A stretch of 64,000 bases of DNA from Anaerolineales bacterium (GCA_049644685.1 JBARSJ010000116.1:5622-69621), one strand, 5' to 3'. Positions 28,541 to 38,100 are shown, counted from the first letter of the stretch. Notes: generated by a model from the letters alone, not told the origin. Numbers and translations are program-made.

Positions 28541-28856
28541 AAAAACAAAAACCTTTTCATCCCTTGAGGACGAAAAGGCTTATCCATGACCTGGCACGGA
28601 TTAACCTTCCGCGGTACCACCTCTGTTTGGGTGTCAATTCTTAACACCCACACTCAGTTCCTGAAACCATCATCAGGATCTTGCTGTAACGGGCAATCCC
28701 GTGCCGTTCTACTCTTTGAGGAGCTCAAATTTCTTCGACAAACGAACCGAGGGACATTCCACGGGACTCGCTGAGGGGGCTTTCAGCCGCTGACCTCCCG
28801 TCTCTACCAGCTCACTGACCGTGTACTCTACTCGATTTTTGTTGTCTTATTCTATT
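28541..28856 (-). promoter_or_regulatory. T-box riboswitch leader (probable Val specifier GUC)
   Basis: On the minus strand: stem I with AGUAG, AGAGA and distal CAGCGGCUGAAAGCC. Specifier loop GAAUGUCC (GTC at 28755-28753). T-box core AGAGGUGGUACCGCGG (plus-strand 28609-28621). Terminator stem 28552-28578 followed by UUUUUGUUUUU. Confidence 0.85.
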
Positions 28857-28862
28857 TTCCGC

Positions 28863-28891
28863 ATTATACATGTATAGATGGTACTAGTCAA
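28863..28891 (-). promoter_or_regulatory. promoter of the T-box leader (TTGACT-N17-TATAAT)
   Basis: On the minus strand: TTGACT (28891-28886), 17-nt spacer, TATAAT (28868-28863). Confidence 0.65.
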
Positions 28892-29010
28892 CAAGATCTC
28901 GGAGATTAACCAAATTGAACTTGAATCCTTTCTGATACTAGCTGGTTTAAGCCACTTCAGGGTGCAGCGGCATTCTGTGAGATTGTTTTTTCCCATAATC
29001 TTAAAATTTC

Positions 29011-29040
29011 TTGACTTTCACCCTTGAAGTATGCTATTCT
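29011..29040 (+). promoter_or_regulatory. candidate promoter (TTGACT-N18-TATTCT)
   Basis: TTGACT at 29011-29016 and TATTCT at 29035-29040, upstream of the MBL hydrolase gene whose SD is AAGGAGGG. Confidence 0.35.
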
Positions 29041-29119
29041 TTGGGTTATTGGCAGGTAGAAATTGCTTAAAATTTTCAATAAAAACAGCAAAAATTAATC
29101 AAGGAGGGCAGGAAAACAT

Positions 29120-29974
29120 ATGATTCATCGGGAACGTGTTGCTGATGATGTTTATACTTTCCAGAGTGATGTATATGCCCAGGTCAATGCCGGAGCGGTA
29201 ATTGGTCAGGAATGGGCAGTGGTCATTGATACCCTGGCCTTTCCAGATGAGACCTTGGCGATCAGGGAATTCATTGAAGAGGAACTAAAACGAAATGTCC
29301 GCTATGTGATCAATACTCACTACCACGCCGATCACAGTTGGGGAAATTGTTTCTTCCCGGGAGCTTATGTTTTAAGTCACGCCTTGTGCCGGAAAAATTT
29401 AGAGAAATTTGGGGAGAGGTCCTTAACTGGAGCCCTGGAGACAGACAAAGTTTTCCAAAAGACTCAAATTATCTTGCCTCACTTGACAATCGATTCCGGT
29501 TTCCTGGAGTTGATTGTAGGGGATAAAACTTTGCGTTTTATCGAGCTGCCAGGACATAGTGATGATGGTATTGGGGTCTATATTGTTGAAGATGAGGTTT
29601 TATTTGCCGGAGATGTGTGGATGCCGATCCCCCATATTGTAGACGGCGATCCAGATACAATGAGGGAGTCATTAAGAAAAATTGAATCCCTCACAATTGA
29701 AAATGTTGTCCAGGGGCACGGAGAAGTGATCTTAAGAGGGGAGGTATACACAAGTATTGAAGACCGCATTACCTACCTGGATACAATACAAAAGATTGCA
29801 GATGAAGCATCTGAGGACGATTTTCCAGGAGAGTACCTTAAGGAAAAAACGATTGAGATCTGTGGAAAGAGCCGGATTTTATTAGGTGGTGCAGCAGAGG
29901 AAATCCACCAGCAGAATTTAAGGCATTTGTACCATAAGAAATACGGTACTGAACCTCAAGGTTTAGATCATTGA
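29120..29974 (+). CDS. MBL-fold metallo-hydrolase
   Basis: NTHYHADHSWGN (HxHxDH), LPGHSDD, QGHG. Confidence 0.85.
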   Translation: MIHRERVADDVYTFQSDVYAQVNAGAVIGQEWAVVIDTLAFPDETLAIREFIEEELKRNVRYVINTHYHADHSWGNCFFPGAYVLSHALCRKNLEKFGERSLTGALETDKVFQKTQIILPHLTIDSGFLELIVGDKTLRFIELPGHSDDGIGVYIVEDEVLFAGDVWMPIPHIVDGDPDTMRESLRKIESLTIENVVQGHGEVILRGEVYTSIEDRITYLDTIQKIADEASEDDFPGEYLKEKTIEICGKSRILLGGAAEEIHQQNLRHLYHKKYGTEPQGLDH

Positions 29975-29991
29975 TAAATCTGAACCCCGGA

Positions 29992-30046
29992 TAATAAAAA
30001 AAAAGAAGAAGGTCCTGCTAATTTACTCGCAGGATCTTCTTTATTA
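29992..30046. terminator. bidirectional terminator-like hairpin between convergent genes
   Basis: A-run, GAAGA(AGG)TCCTGC - 10-nt loop - GCAGGATCTTC, then TTTATT. Confidence 0.5.
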
Positions 30047-30054
30047 TGGGTAGG

Positions 30055-30714
30055 TTATTCCTGGGTTTTTGATATTGCCCGGAATCCCACAATACGTTCG
30101 GTTCCATTCATTAATCGTTTAATATTCGGACGCAAAGCCCAGACAATTAGGATTTCAGCCAGGAGACCAAAGACAATATATTGCCAGGGAGTGCCGATTT
30201 TAATAAACCGGATCAGGAGAATCAGGCTGCCAATCAGCGGTAAGCTCAGCGTGGCTAAAGACGCATATCCGATAATCATCAAGATGACATATCCGGCCGG
30301 GATGAGTATAAATGCGCTGGGCCACCAGAGACCAACAATGCCACCGACTGCTGGAGCGCCGCCTGCTCCTCCACCGATTGTGATCTTCCCATTTTGATCC
30401 CTTCTGATCAGATAAATGGAATAATTGTGACCGATCACCGCTGCCAAAGCACTCAAGACATGGATCCAGTAGGAGTCTGGAAACAAGTATTTAGCGATCC
30501 AGACCATACAGGCGCTTTTCAGGATATCAAGCAGGGAAGTGATTAAACCCATTGAGAAGCCTGATGCCCGCATCGTATTTGTCCCACCAGTGCGGCCGCT
30601 TTCAATTTCCCGGACATCTTTCCCTTTGAATGTTTTAACCAGGATATATCCCCAGGGGATAGAACCAACACAATATGCCAGAATAAGGATTCCAATTATC
30701 AACAGATTTTGCAT
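30055..30714 (-). CDS. plsY: acyl-phosphate:glycerol-3-phosphate acyltransferase
   Basis: YCVGSIPWGYILVK...GKDVREIESGRTGGTNTMRASG...GHNYSIYL is the typical PlsY signature. Confidence 0.92.
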   Translation of the reverse strand: MQNLLIIGILILAYCVGSIPWGYILVKTFKGKDVREIESGRTGGTNTMRASGFSMGLITSLLDILKSACMVWIAKYLFPDSYWIHVLSALAAVIGHNYSIYLIRRDQNGKITIGGGAGGAPAVGGIVGLWWPSAFILIPAGYVILMIIGYASLATLSLPLIGSLILLIRFIKIGTPWQYIVFGLLAEILIVWALRPNIKRLMNGTERIVGFRAISKTQE

Positions 30715-30792
30715 CTTATTAATTCTCCAAATAAAAAGTGAGAGTTCTTTCGGATAATCTTCTTAACACAAAACAATCAGAAGGGAAACGTT

Positions 30793-31614
30793 TTAGAGGA
30801 GGATTGCGATCCCCCAGGAGGTAATCACAATTAACAAGGGCAAGATAATTTCCTGCAATTGGGGTTTCGAGTCAGATGCTGGCAAATGGTCACTGATTTC
30901 AATTAACGCATAGAGAGGGCCTGCCAGGGCAATCCCAAAATTTACAGATTGCATAGGCCAATAATGCAAACCAGCCGCAATTTCACCAATCAGAAGGAGA
31001 GATACTGATCCCTGAGTTATCGCCCAGAAACCGTTCTGGCGAAGATGAATGACCCGTAGATATACCAGGGCAGCGGAAACACTTAATATAGGTACTCTAT
31101 AAAAGAGTCTGACTTCAGCTGAATGCAGGGAGATGGCTAAGATCAGAAACAAGCCGATTGACAAGGCGGTTATCCCCATCTCTGCCGGCAGAAAATAAGG
31201 ATTAGAAGGGTCCAGCACAATATACTCAGCAATAAAGACCAGGATCAATAAAATTCCGCTGGCAAATGCTGCAATCCACCATATTCCGCCAAAAGGTAGC
31301 TGCTCAATCGCCAGCATTAACACAAGCGAGGTGAGCGATGGCAGCAGCCAATGCACCGCAGTACTCCGGTAGCGGTCCCTGGCAGGATGATCTTGCAGCA
31401 TCCAGGCAGATCCGGACGCGGTCAATCCAGCAACCAGGAGGGTAACTAATGTTGAAAAATTGAATTTGAGGGGGAAATAAATACCGAGGAATGTGATCTC
31501 GTATTGAAGAGTTGGAATTGAGACAAAATGAGTTAATGTATAGGCCAATAATATTGTTGATACCAGAATACTTAAGGTATTAAGATCAGGAAACTGGTCC
31601 CGGTTATTTGACAT
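30793..31614 (-). CDS. hypothetical polytopic membrane protein
   Basis: 273-aa ORF with about 8 TM helices and no recognised motif. Confidence 0.6.
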   Translation of the reverse strand: MSNNRDQFPDLNTLSILVSTILLAYTLTHFVSIPTLQYEITFLGIYFPLKFNFSTLVTLLVAGLTASGSAWMLQDHPARDRYRSTAVHWLLPSLTSLVLMLAIEQLPFGGIWWIAAFASGILLILVFIAEYIVLDPSNPYFLPAEMGITALSIGLFLILAISLHSAEVRLFYRVPILSVSAALVYLRVIHLRQNGFWAITQGSVSLLLIGEIAAGLHYWPMQSVNFGIALAGPLYALIEISDHLPASDSKPQLQEIILPLLIVITSWGIAILL

Positions 31615-31744
31615 GATCCAATTCTACCTTGAAGTGGGTGAAATCATAGAAGTGGATAGAATATTCTCTGAATTATTGCCTGACCTTGTGTTAAACTTGG
31701 AATAGGAAATGAGATCATTCTTGAGAGATTTCCGGAAGGGGAAT

Positions 31745-32122
31745 ATGGCAAACAGGAATAAGAAAATCGGGAAATGGGGTGAAGATTTAGCTGCCGCCTA
31801 CCTGGATAAAAAGGGGTATTTAATTCTGGATCGGAATGTTTATACTTCCTATGGTGAAATTGATATTATCACTCTCCAGGAGTATGAGGATGAAAATTAC
31901 CTGGTTTTTGTAGAGGTTAAGACTCGGACAACCCTGGAATTTGGAAATCCGGAGGACGCGGTCACTAGTCAGAAACAGGAACACCTTTTAGCGGCGATAG
32001 AAACCTATTTGCAGGACAATCCAGACCTGGATTATCCCTGGCGAGTAGATGTGATTGCCATTCAAAAACTATCAGTGGGTAATCCTGCTGACATTCAGCA
32101 TTTTGAAAGTGTTTTTTCATAA
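31745..32122 (+). CDS. YraN-family (UPF0102) endonuclease-like protein
   Basis: ATG at 31745 after GGAAGGGG. GKWGEDLAAAYL..KGY.ILDRN....GEIDII......LVFVEVKTR. Confidence 0.85.
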   Translation: MANRNKKIGKWGEDLAAAYLDKKGYLILDRNVYTSYGEIDIITLQEYEDENYLVFVEVKTRTTLEFGNPEDAVTSQKQEHLLAAIETYLQDNPDLDYPWRVDVIAIQKLSVGNPADIQHFESVFS

Positions 32123-32124
32123 AT

Positions 32125-33072
32125 ATGGATCAGGAAAGAAAGCCACTCATCGTGATCATGGGGCCTACTGCTGTGGGGAAAACCGACATTTCCCTCCGGG
32201 TAGCGGAGCGATTAAAAGGAGAAATCGTCTCAGCAGATTCACGGCTTTTTTATCAGGGGATGAATATTGGTACTGCCAAACCAACCAGGGATGAGCAGAA
32301 ACTTGTACCTCATCATTTTATTGATGTGGCTTCGCCTGATCAGGATTGGAGTTTAGCGGTTTACCTGCCCAGAGCGATTGCGGTCATAGAGGAAATCCAG
32401 CAGAGGGGTAATTTACCTTTCCTGGTAGGCGGAACAGGGCAGTACATTCAAGCGATTGTACAGGGGTGGGATTTACCTTCAATTAAACCGGATCCGGGGT
32501 TGCGGGAAACGCTCCGGCAGTGGGCAGAGCAGATAGGTGTGGATGGAATCCGGGCAAGGTTGGAAGAATTGGATCCGGAAGCCGCGGCAGGGATAGATGG
32601 ACCAAATCTCCGCAGAATGATTCGGGCACTGGAGGTAATCTTGTCTTCCGGTAAAAGGTTTTCAACCCAAAAGAAGGCTCATGGTTCTTCGTTTCAGGTT
32701 TTACAAATCGGTCTTAACCGACCCAGAGAAGAATTGTATCGGAGGATAGACCTAAGAATTGAGCGGATGCTGGAAAAAGGTTTGGTGGGGGAGGTCCAGG
32801 CTCTGCTGGACGCCGGGTACTCGCCGGAGCTTTCTGCAATGTCTGCTATTGGTTACAAACAGATCATAAAACACTTGAGCGGTGAGATATCTTTAGAGGA
32901 AGCAGCGGGGCAGATCAGGAGTAAATCTCGCAAATATGTCAGGCAGCAGGCAAACTGGTTTCAGGAAAATGATCCGGATATCCATTGGTTTTCGGCGGCA
33001 GCAGATCCAACCGATAAAATAATAGACGAAATTCAACATTTCTTGTCCTATATTTGTTATACTGAAAGATAG
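32125..33072 (+). CDS. miaA: tRNA dimethylallyltransferase
   Basis: IMGPTAVGKTDISL..A......EIVSADSRLFYQGMNIGTAKP. Starts 2 nt after the yraN stop. Confidence 0.95.
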   Translation: MDQERKPLIVIMGPTAVGKTDISLRVAERLKGEIVSADSRLFYQGMNIGTAKPTRDEQKLVPHHFIDVASPDQDWSLAVYLPRAIAVIEEIQQRGNLPFLVGGTGQYIQAIVQGWDLPSIKPDPGLRETLRQWAEQIGVDGIRARLEELDPEAAAGIDGPNLRRMIRALEVILSSGKRFSTQKKAHGSSFQVLQIGLNRPREELYRRIDLRIERMLEKGLVGEVQALLDAGYSPELSAMSAIGYKQIIKHLSGEISLEEAAGQIRSKSRKYVRQQANWFQENDPDIHWFSAAADPTDKIIDEIQHFLSYICYTER

Positions 33073-33104
33073 CCAAAACTAAATCTTGATACAGGAGGAA
33101 CACA

Positions 33105-34790
33105 ATGGACCACCGACCCTGGCATGATTGTTACGACGAGGGTATTCCAAGCAGCCTAACGTACCCGGCAGTCCCTTTATTTCATTTCCTGGAAGATTCA
33201 GCAAAAAAATATCCTGATAAACCTTGTACTATCTTTAAGGGTGCTGAAATCTCCTATAAAGAGATGAGTAAAATTACCGATCAATTAGCTGCTGCGCTGG
33301 TTGATCTGGGGGTTAAAAAGGGAGACCGGGTCGGAATCCTGATCCCAAATACACCCCAGTTTGTGATGGCATATTTCGCTGTATTAAAAGCCGGCGGTAT
33401 AGTCGTCGCAACAAATCCTCAATACACAGGAAGAGAAATCAAGCACCAGGTAAATGATTCCGGTATGAAGCTCATGATCTTGATGAGTAACTACTATGAA
33501 TTGGTTAAAAGTATTCAACCTGATACAGCCATTTCTCAAATAATTGTCACTAATTTTAAAGAAACGCTGCCTCCTCTCCTGGGATTATTATTTACCCTTC
33601 TAAAAGAGAAGAAGTTAGGATTCAAAGTAACTCTGAGAGATAACGATATCTGGCTGCCGGATTTACTGACCAAATATAGTGATCATGACCGACCGCAGAT
33701 TGATGTTGGACCTGATGATACTGCGATATTCCAGTACAGCGGTGGCACAACCGGAATACCAAAAGCAGCCATTGGACTTCACCGAAATCTTGTGGCCAAT
33801 ACGGTACAGTTGCTTTCCTGGTTAACCAGCGCTGAAATGGGTAAAGAAGTAGTTATGATGGCCATCCCGCTCTACCACGTGTACGGTATGGTTTGCGGGA
33901 TGAACTATGGATTAGCTGCCGGAGCCTCACTGGTAATGGTCCCGAACCCTAGAGATTTGAAAGATTTGCTGGGAAACATGCATAAATATAAAACATCTAT
34001 TTTCCCAGCTGTGCCTGCCCTGTACAATGCCATAAATAACAATGCTGATGTAAAAGCGGGCAAATATGATCTGTCTGCTATCAAAGCTTGTATTTCCGGA
34101 TCAGCGCCACTACTGAGAGAGACCAAAGAAACCTTTGAAAAACTAACCGGTGGTGTATTATTCGAAGGATACGGCTTGTCAGAGACTCCAACTGCCACGC
34201 ACGGTAATCCAAATTTTGGAGAAAATCGAACCGGGTCCATCGGTTTGCCATTCCCTGACGTGGATGCAAAAATAATCGATTTGGATGATGAGGTCACTGA
34301 ACTTGCTGTGGGGGAAATTGGCGAATTAATCATTAAAGCTCCCCAGGTTTTCAAAGGCTATTACAACATGCCAACTGAAACCCGGAACGCACTCCGGGAG
34401 GGATGGTTGTATACAGGTGATATTGCCCGGATGGATGAACAGGGGTATTTCTATATTGTGGATCGTAAAAAAGAAATGATCAAGGTGGGTGGTTTCCAGG
34501 TTTGGCCGCGGGAAGTGGAGGAAGTTCTCCAGGATCATCCTGCAATCCAGGATGTCGGAGTAGCGGGAGTTCCTGATCCAAAACGGGGAGAAATTGTTAA
34601 AACTTGGATTGTCCTGGCGGAAGGGCAATCATTGGACAAGGAAGAGTTAAAAACCTGGGCCAAAGAGAGAATGGCAAAATACAAAGTTCCGTCAGAAATT
34701 GAATTCCGGGATGAATTGCCAAAAACCCATGTTGGCAAACTGCTTCGCAGGGAACTGGTTAGAGAGCACAAGGAGGGACCGAGGGGATAA
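33105..34790 (+). CDS. long-chain fatty acid--CoA ligase (AMP-binding family)
   Basis: FQYSGGTTGIPKAA (AMP-binding P-loop), EGYGLSET, YTGDIARMDEQGYFYIVDRKKEMIKVGG, VGKLLRRELV. Confidence 0.9.
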   Translation: MDHRPWHDCYDEGIPSSLTYPAVPLFHFLEDSAKKYPDKPCTIFKGAEISYKEMSKITDQLAAALVDLGVKKGDRVGILIPNTPQFVMAYFAVLKAGGIVVATNPQYTGREIKHQVNDSGMKLMILMSNYYELVKSIQPDTAISQIIVTNFKETLPPLLGLLFTLLKEKKLGFKVTLRDNDIWLPDLLTKYSDHDRPQIDVGPDDTAIFQYSGGTTGIPKAAIGLHRNLVANTVQLLSWLTSAEMGKEVVMMAIPLYHVYGMVCGMNYGLAAGASLVMVPNPRDLKDLLGNMHKYKTSIFPAVPALYNAINNNADVKAGKYDLSAIKACISGSAPLLRETKETFEKLTGGVLFEGYGLSETPTATHGNPNFGENRTGSIGLPFPDVDAKIIDLDDEVTELAVGEIGELIIKAPQVFKGYYNMPTETRNALREGWLYTGDIARMDEQGYFYIVDRKKEMIKVGGFQVWPREVEEVLQDHPAIQDVGVAGVPDPKRGEIVKTWIVLAEGQSLDKEELKTWAKERMAKYKVPSEIEFRDELPKTHVGKLLRRELVREHKEGPRG

Positions 34791-34852
34791 GAACTCGGTT
34801 CTATTGAATCTCAGCGCTGGTGAAAACCTGGTGGAGCCAGTCCGCTGCAGGA

Positions 34853-35827
34853 TTATTTTTGGGATAATTTGCTCAGGAAATGCTGTGCTTTTTCGATTCG
34901 CGGAAAATCTAATTCTTTCTTTTTAAATTCGGGTGTGTGAGTGTACCTTCGTTTATTTTTCAAACGGGCTCCCAGCTTCTGATGGAGCAATTCATGGTAC
35001 ATGACATAATCGATCACATATTCCGGAACCCTGGGATGGTCTAAACTGATGCTGACCATCACTGTGTTTGTATCTTCCTGGTAGTGGCCAAACTTCCTCC
35101 GCGTCATCCTGTTGTTCCAGACCAGATGAGGTTTTTTCAATCTGCCGTTGAATAAATCTTGATTTACCCGGTTAAAACTATTTTCCAGCTCATGATGCTT
35201 TCCGGCAGAAAGACTTCCGGGGGTGACAGACAGGTATTCCAGAGGTTCGCGGACCCGCTTAAATTGTTTTCCACTTGCATATTCTCTGATAATCTGCTTG
35301 CTTGATCCAGCCGCGGGTTGGAGAGCCGTGCCCAACAGCGCTAAAAGCACCTGATCCGGAGCGTATAAAAAACTTTCTTGAGCTACTATCTCGATGGTTC
35401 TATTTTGCTCCCGGATTTTATACAGGGGACCAATGTGATAAAGTCTAAACTCGACCTGGTACTGATTAAACCGGCGAGAACGGGGCATATTTGGCAGAAA
35501 GATAGAAACCCTCTGAATAGCATCCAGGTGTCTTTGAATATGCCTTTCATCCGTTAAAAATTTTATCCATTGATATGCCCGGCGGGACCTGATGGGCAGA
35601 TCCGCAGCAGATTTTCCTCGTCCAGTTATTATCCGCTCAACGGATTCTGCGGTGGTATTGATGTTCCAGGACACGGCAGAAAAAAGTTTAACAAAATCAG
35701 TTTCAGAAGCACTGGCTTTTTTTATTTTTTCGAGAACCATCATTTGCTGAATATCAGCTGTTCTTTTTACTAAGTTTCGGATGGATAGTCGCTGCATAAT
35801 TATCTTTATTGGATTTACCCACGGCAA
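34853..35827 (-). CDS. SprT/YgjP(DUF45)-like zinc metallopeptidase-fold protein
   Basis: C-terminal VIDYVMYHELLHQKLG...HTPEFKKKE (HExxH plus a downstream His). TTG start at 35827, alternative ATG at 35797. Confidence 0.55.
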   Translation of the reverse strand: MPWVNPIKIIMQRLSIRNLVKRTADIQQMMVLEKIKKASASETDFVKLFSAVSWNINTTAESVERIITGRGKSAADLPIRSRRAYQWIKFLTDERHIQRHLDAIQRVSIFLPNMPRSRRFNQYQVEFRLYHIGPLYKIREQNRTIEIVAQESFLYAPDQVLLALLGTALQPAAGSSKQIIREYASGKQFKRVREPLEYLSVTPGSLSAGKHHELENSFNRVNQDLFNGRLKKPHLVWNNRMTRRKFGHYQEDTNTVMVSISLDHPRVPEYVIDYVMYHELLHQKLGARLKNKRRYTHTPEFKKKELDFPRIEKAQHFLSKLSQK

Positions 35828-35905
35828 TGGATAACTTTACCTTTTCAGTCTGATTATTTCTAGAATTGATTCTGCCATTTGGGGAGGAAGATCATCTTAA
35901 TCGCT

Positions 35906-35934
35906 TTGACAAGGGAGCCATGATGTCATAAAAT
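35906..35934 (+). promoter_or_regulatory. near-consensus promoter (TTGACA-N17-TAAAAT)
   Basis: TTGACA at 35906-35911, 17-nt spacer, TAAAAT at 35929-35934. About 105-nt 5' UTR before the EF-G paralogue. Confidence 0.65.
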
Positions 35935-36045
35935 CGTGTAGTCTGATAAAGAAAGGTTTCTGACAGAGTTTAAGTATAACAAAGTCAATCGCTGATTGGA
36001 TGATTTAAGGACAAATTTTCATTATTTCCTAGGAAGGTTTATTTC

Positions 36046-38100
36046 ATGAAAGAATATTCAACCCCAAACATTCGAAATATTGCCCTGGCTTCACACAGTG
36101 GATCTGGAAAAACAATGCTGGCAGAAGCACTGCTGTATTTCACAGGCGCTATAACCCGTCAGGGAGAAATCAATGCTGGAACAACGGTCTCGGATTTTCA
36201 GGATGAAGAAAAACGCCGGGGAATCTCCATTTCCACTTCTGTAATTCCGGTTGAATACAACAATAATAAAATCAACATATTGGATACACCGGGATATACA
36301 GATTTTGTCGGGGAAGTCATCTCATCTTTACGGGTAGTTGATGGAGTGATAATCCCCGTAGATTCTGTCGCCGGCGCAGAAGTGGGCACTGAGCTCGCCT
36401 GGTCTTATGCTGATGATTTTAATTTGCCGCGTTTTGTTCTGATTAATATGATGGATCGGGAAAACGCGAATTTTCAAAAAGCTCTCGAATCAGTTCGCCA
36501 GATGACATCATTACGATTATTACCCCTGCAATTACCCTGGGGAGAAAAAGCGGACTTCAGTGGGGTAATTGATATTCTAGATAACAAAGCCTATAAGGGG
36601 GATGGTAAAGAATCCGTCGACATCCCGGAAGAATTCCACGATCAGGTTGAAGAACTACGGATGGAAATCATCGAAGCTGCTGCTGAAGGCAACGATGAAC
36701 TGTTGATGAAATACCTGGAAGGGGAAACCTTATCTGAAGAAGAAATCATTAGCGGCTTAAAAAATGCCATCATGACCCAAACCTTTGTACCTGTCCTGGC
36801 AAGTTCAGGAACTGCCAATGTAGGAATGGCTCCTTTGCTGAACTTAATCATAAAATTGATGCCGGCACCAGGTGAACTTGGTCCAGTGTCAGGAGAAGGC
36901 GCAAAAGGCGAGGAAGAACTTCAGACTACCGATGCAGGACCATATACCGCTTATGTTTGGAAAACCACAGCAGATCCTTATGTGGGAAAAATTACTTACT
37001 TCCGGGTATATTCCGGTTCTGTCAGTTCAGACAGCAAGGTGTGGAATCATCAGGAAGGTGAAGAGGAACGTTTTGGAAATATTTCCGTAATGCGCGGAAA
37101 ACAGCAGTTGGATGTGAAAAATGTGCACGCAGGTGATATCGTTGCTGTTCCTAAACTAAATGTTACTTCCACCGGCCATACCCTGGGAGATGCAGGCCAT
37201 CCTGTAAAACTTCCAATTCCCTCATATCCCAGAGCTCTCTACCGGGTTGCGGTAATTCCAGCAACCCAGGCAGATTCGGCTAAGTTAAGCCCAACTCTTA
37301 CCCGCCTTTGTGAGGAAGATATGACTCTTTCCTGGAAACAGGATACGACAACAAAAGAGACCATTCTGGAAGGTATGGGCGGTCAGCATATTGATGTTGC
37401 GATCAGGAAAGCAAAAGACATATTCCAGACTGATTTGAATATCCGGATTCCGAAAGTTCCCTACCAGGAAACGATCAGCAAGAGTGGTTCTGCGCAGTAC
37501 CGCCACAAAAAACAATCAGGAGGATCCGGGCAATTTGCTGAAGTTCACATGCGGCTTGATCCTCTACCTGATGAGAGATTTGAGTTTAAAAACGAGGTGT
37601 TTGGTGGATCAATCTCGAAGAACTATATGCCAGCTATTGAGAAAGGTGTGAAAACGATTATGGAAGAAGGTGTTCTGGCTGGCTATCCTGTGGTAAATGT
37701 CAAAGTTGCAGTTTACGACGGAAAAGAGCATCCGGTTGATTCAAAACCGGTTGCGTTTGAAATCTGCGCCCGACAGGTGTTCAAAATGGCATTCCGTAAA
37801 GCGGGTGCTGTCCTTTTGGAACCGATCATGGAAGCAAAGGTCACAGTTCCGGAAGAAAACATGGGTGACATTCTGGGCGATTTTAATACCCGACGGGCCC
37901 GGGTTCAGGGAATGGATACTAAGGGTGGACGATCCGTAGTGTCAGCCCAGGTCCCTCTGGCTGAGATGCAGCGCTATACGACAGATCTCAGGTCAATGAC
38001 TGGAGGCCGGGGTATCTTTGAAATGGAATTCGCACACTACCAGCAGCTGCCCCCGCACATTGCAGATGAGATTATCGGGGAAAACAAGGAAGAAGAGTAA
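36046..38100 (+). CDS. elongation factor G paralogue (EF-G2-like) with a variant G4 motif
   Basis: G1 ASHSGSGKT, G2 RRGISI, G3 DTPGYTDF, G4 reads NMMD instead of NKxD. EF-G domains II-V are recognisable (GKITYFRVYSGS..., QYRHKKQSGGSGQFA, LLEPIM). Confidence 0.9.
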   Translation: MKEYSTPNIRNIALASHSGSGKTMLAEALLYFTGAITRQGEINAGTTVSDFQDEEKRRGISISTSVIPVEYNNNKINILDTPGYTDFVGEVISSLRVVDGVIIPVDSVAGAEVGTELAWSYADDFNLPRFVLINMMDRENANFQKALESVRQMTSLRLLPLQLPWGEKADFSGVIDILDNKAYKGDGKESVDIPEEFHDQVEELRMEIIEAAAEGNDELLMKYLEGETLSEEEIISGLKNAIMTQTFVPVLASSGTANVGMAPLLNLIIKLMPAPGELGPVSGEGAKGEEELQTTDAGPYTAYVWKTTADPYVGKITYFRVYSGSVSSDSKVWNHQEGEEERFGNISVMRGKQQLDVKNVHAGDIVAVPKLNVTSTGHTLGDAGHPVKLPIPSYPRALYRVAVIPATQADSAKLSPTLTRLCEEDMTLSWKQDTTTKETILEGMGGQHIDVAIRKAKDIFQTDLNIRIPKVPYQETISKSGSAQYRHKKQSGGSGQFAEVHMRLDPLPDERFEFKNEVFGGSISKNYMPAIEKGVKTIMEEGVLAGYPVVNVKVAVYDGKEHPVDSKPVAFEICARQVFKMAFRKAGAVLLEPIMEAKVTVPEENMGDILGDFNTRRARVQGMDTKGGRSVVSAQVPLAEMQRYTTDLRSMTGGRGIFEMEFAHYQQLPPHIADEIIGENKEEE

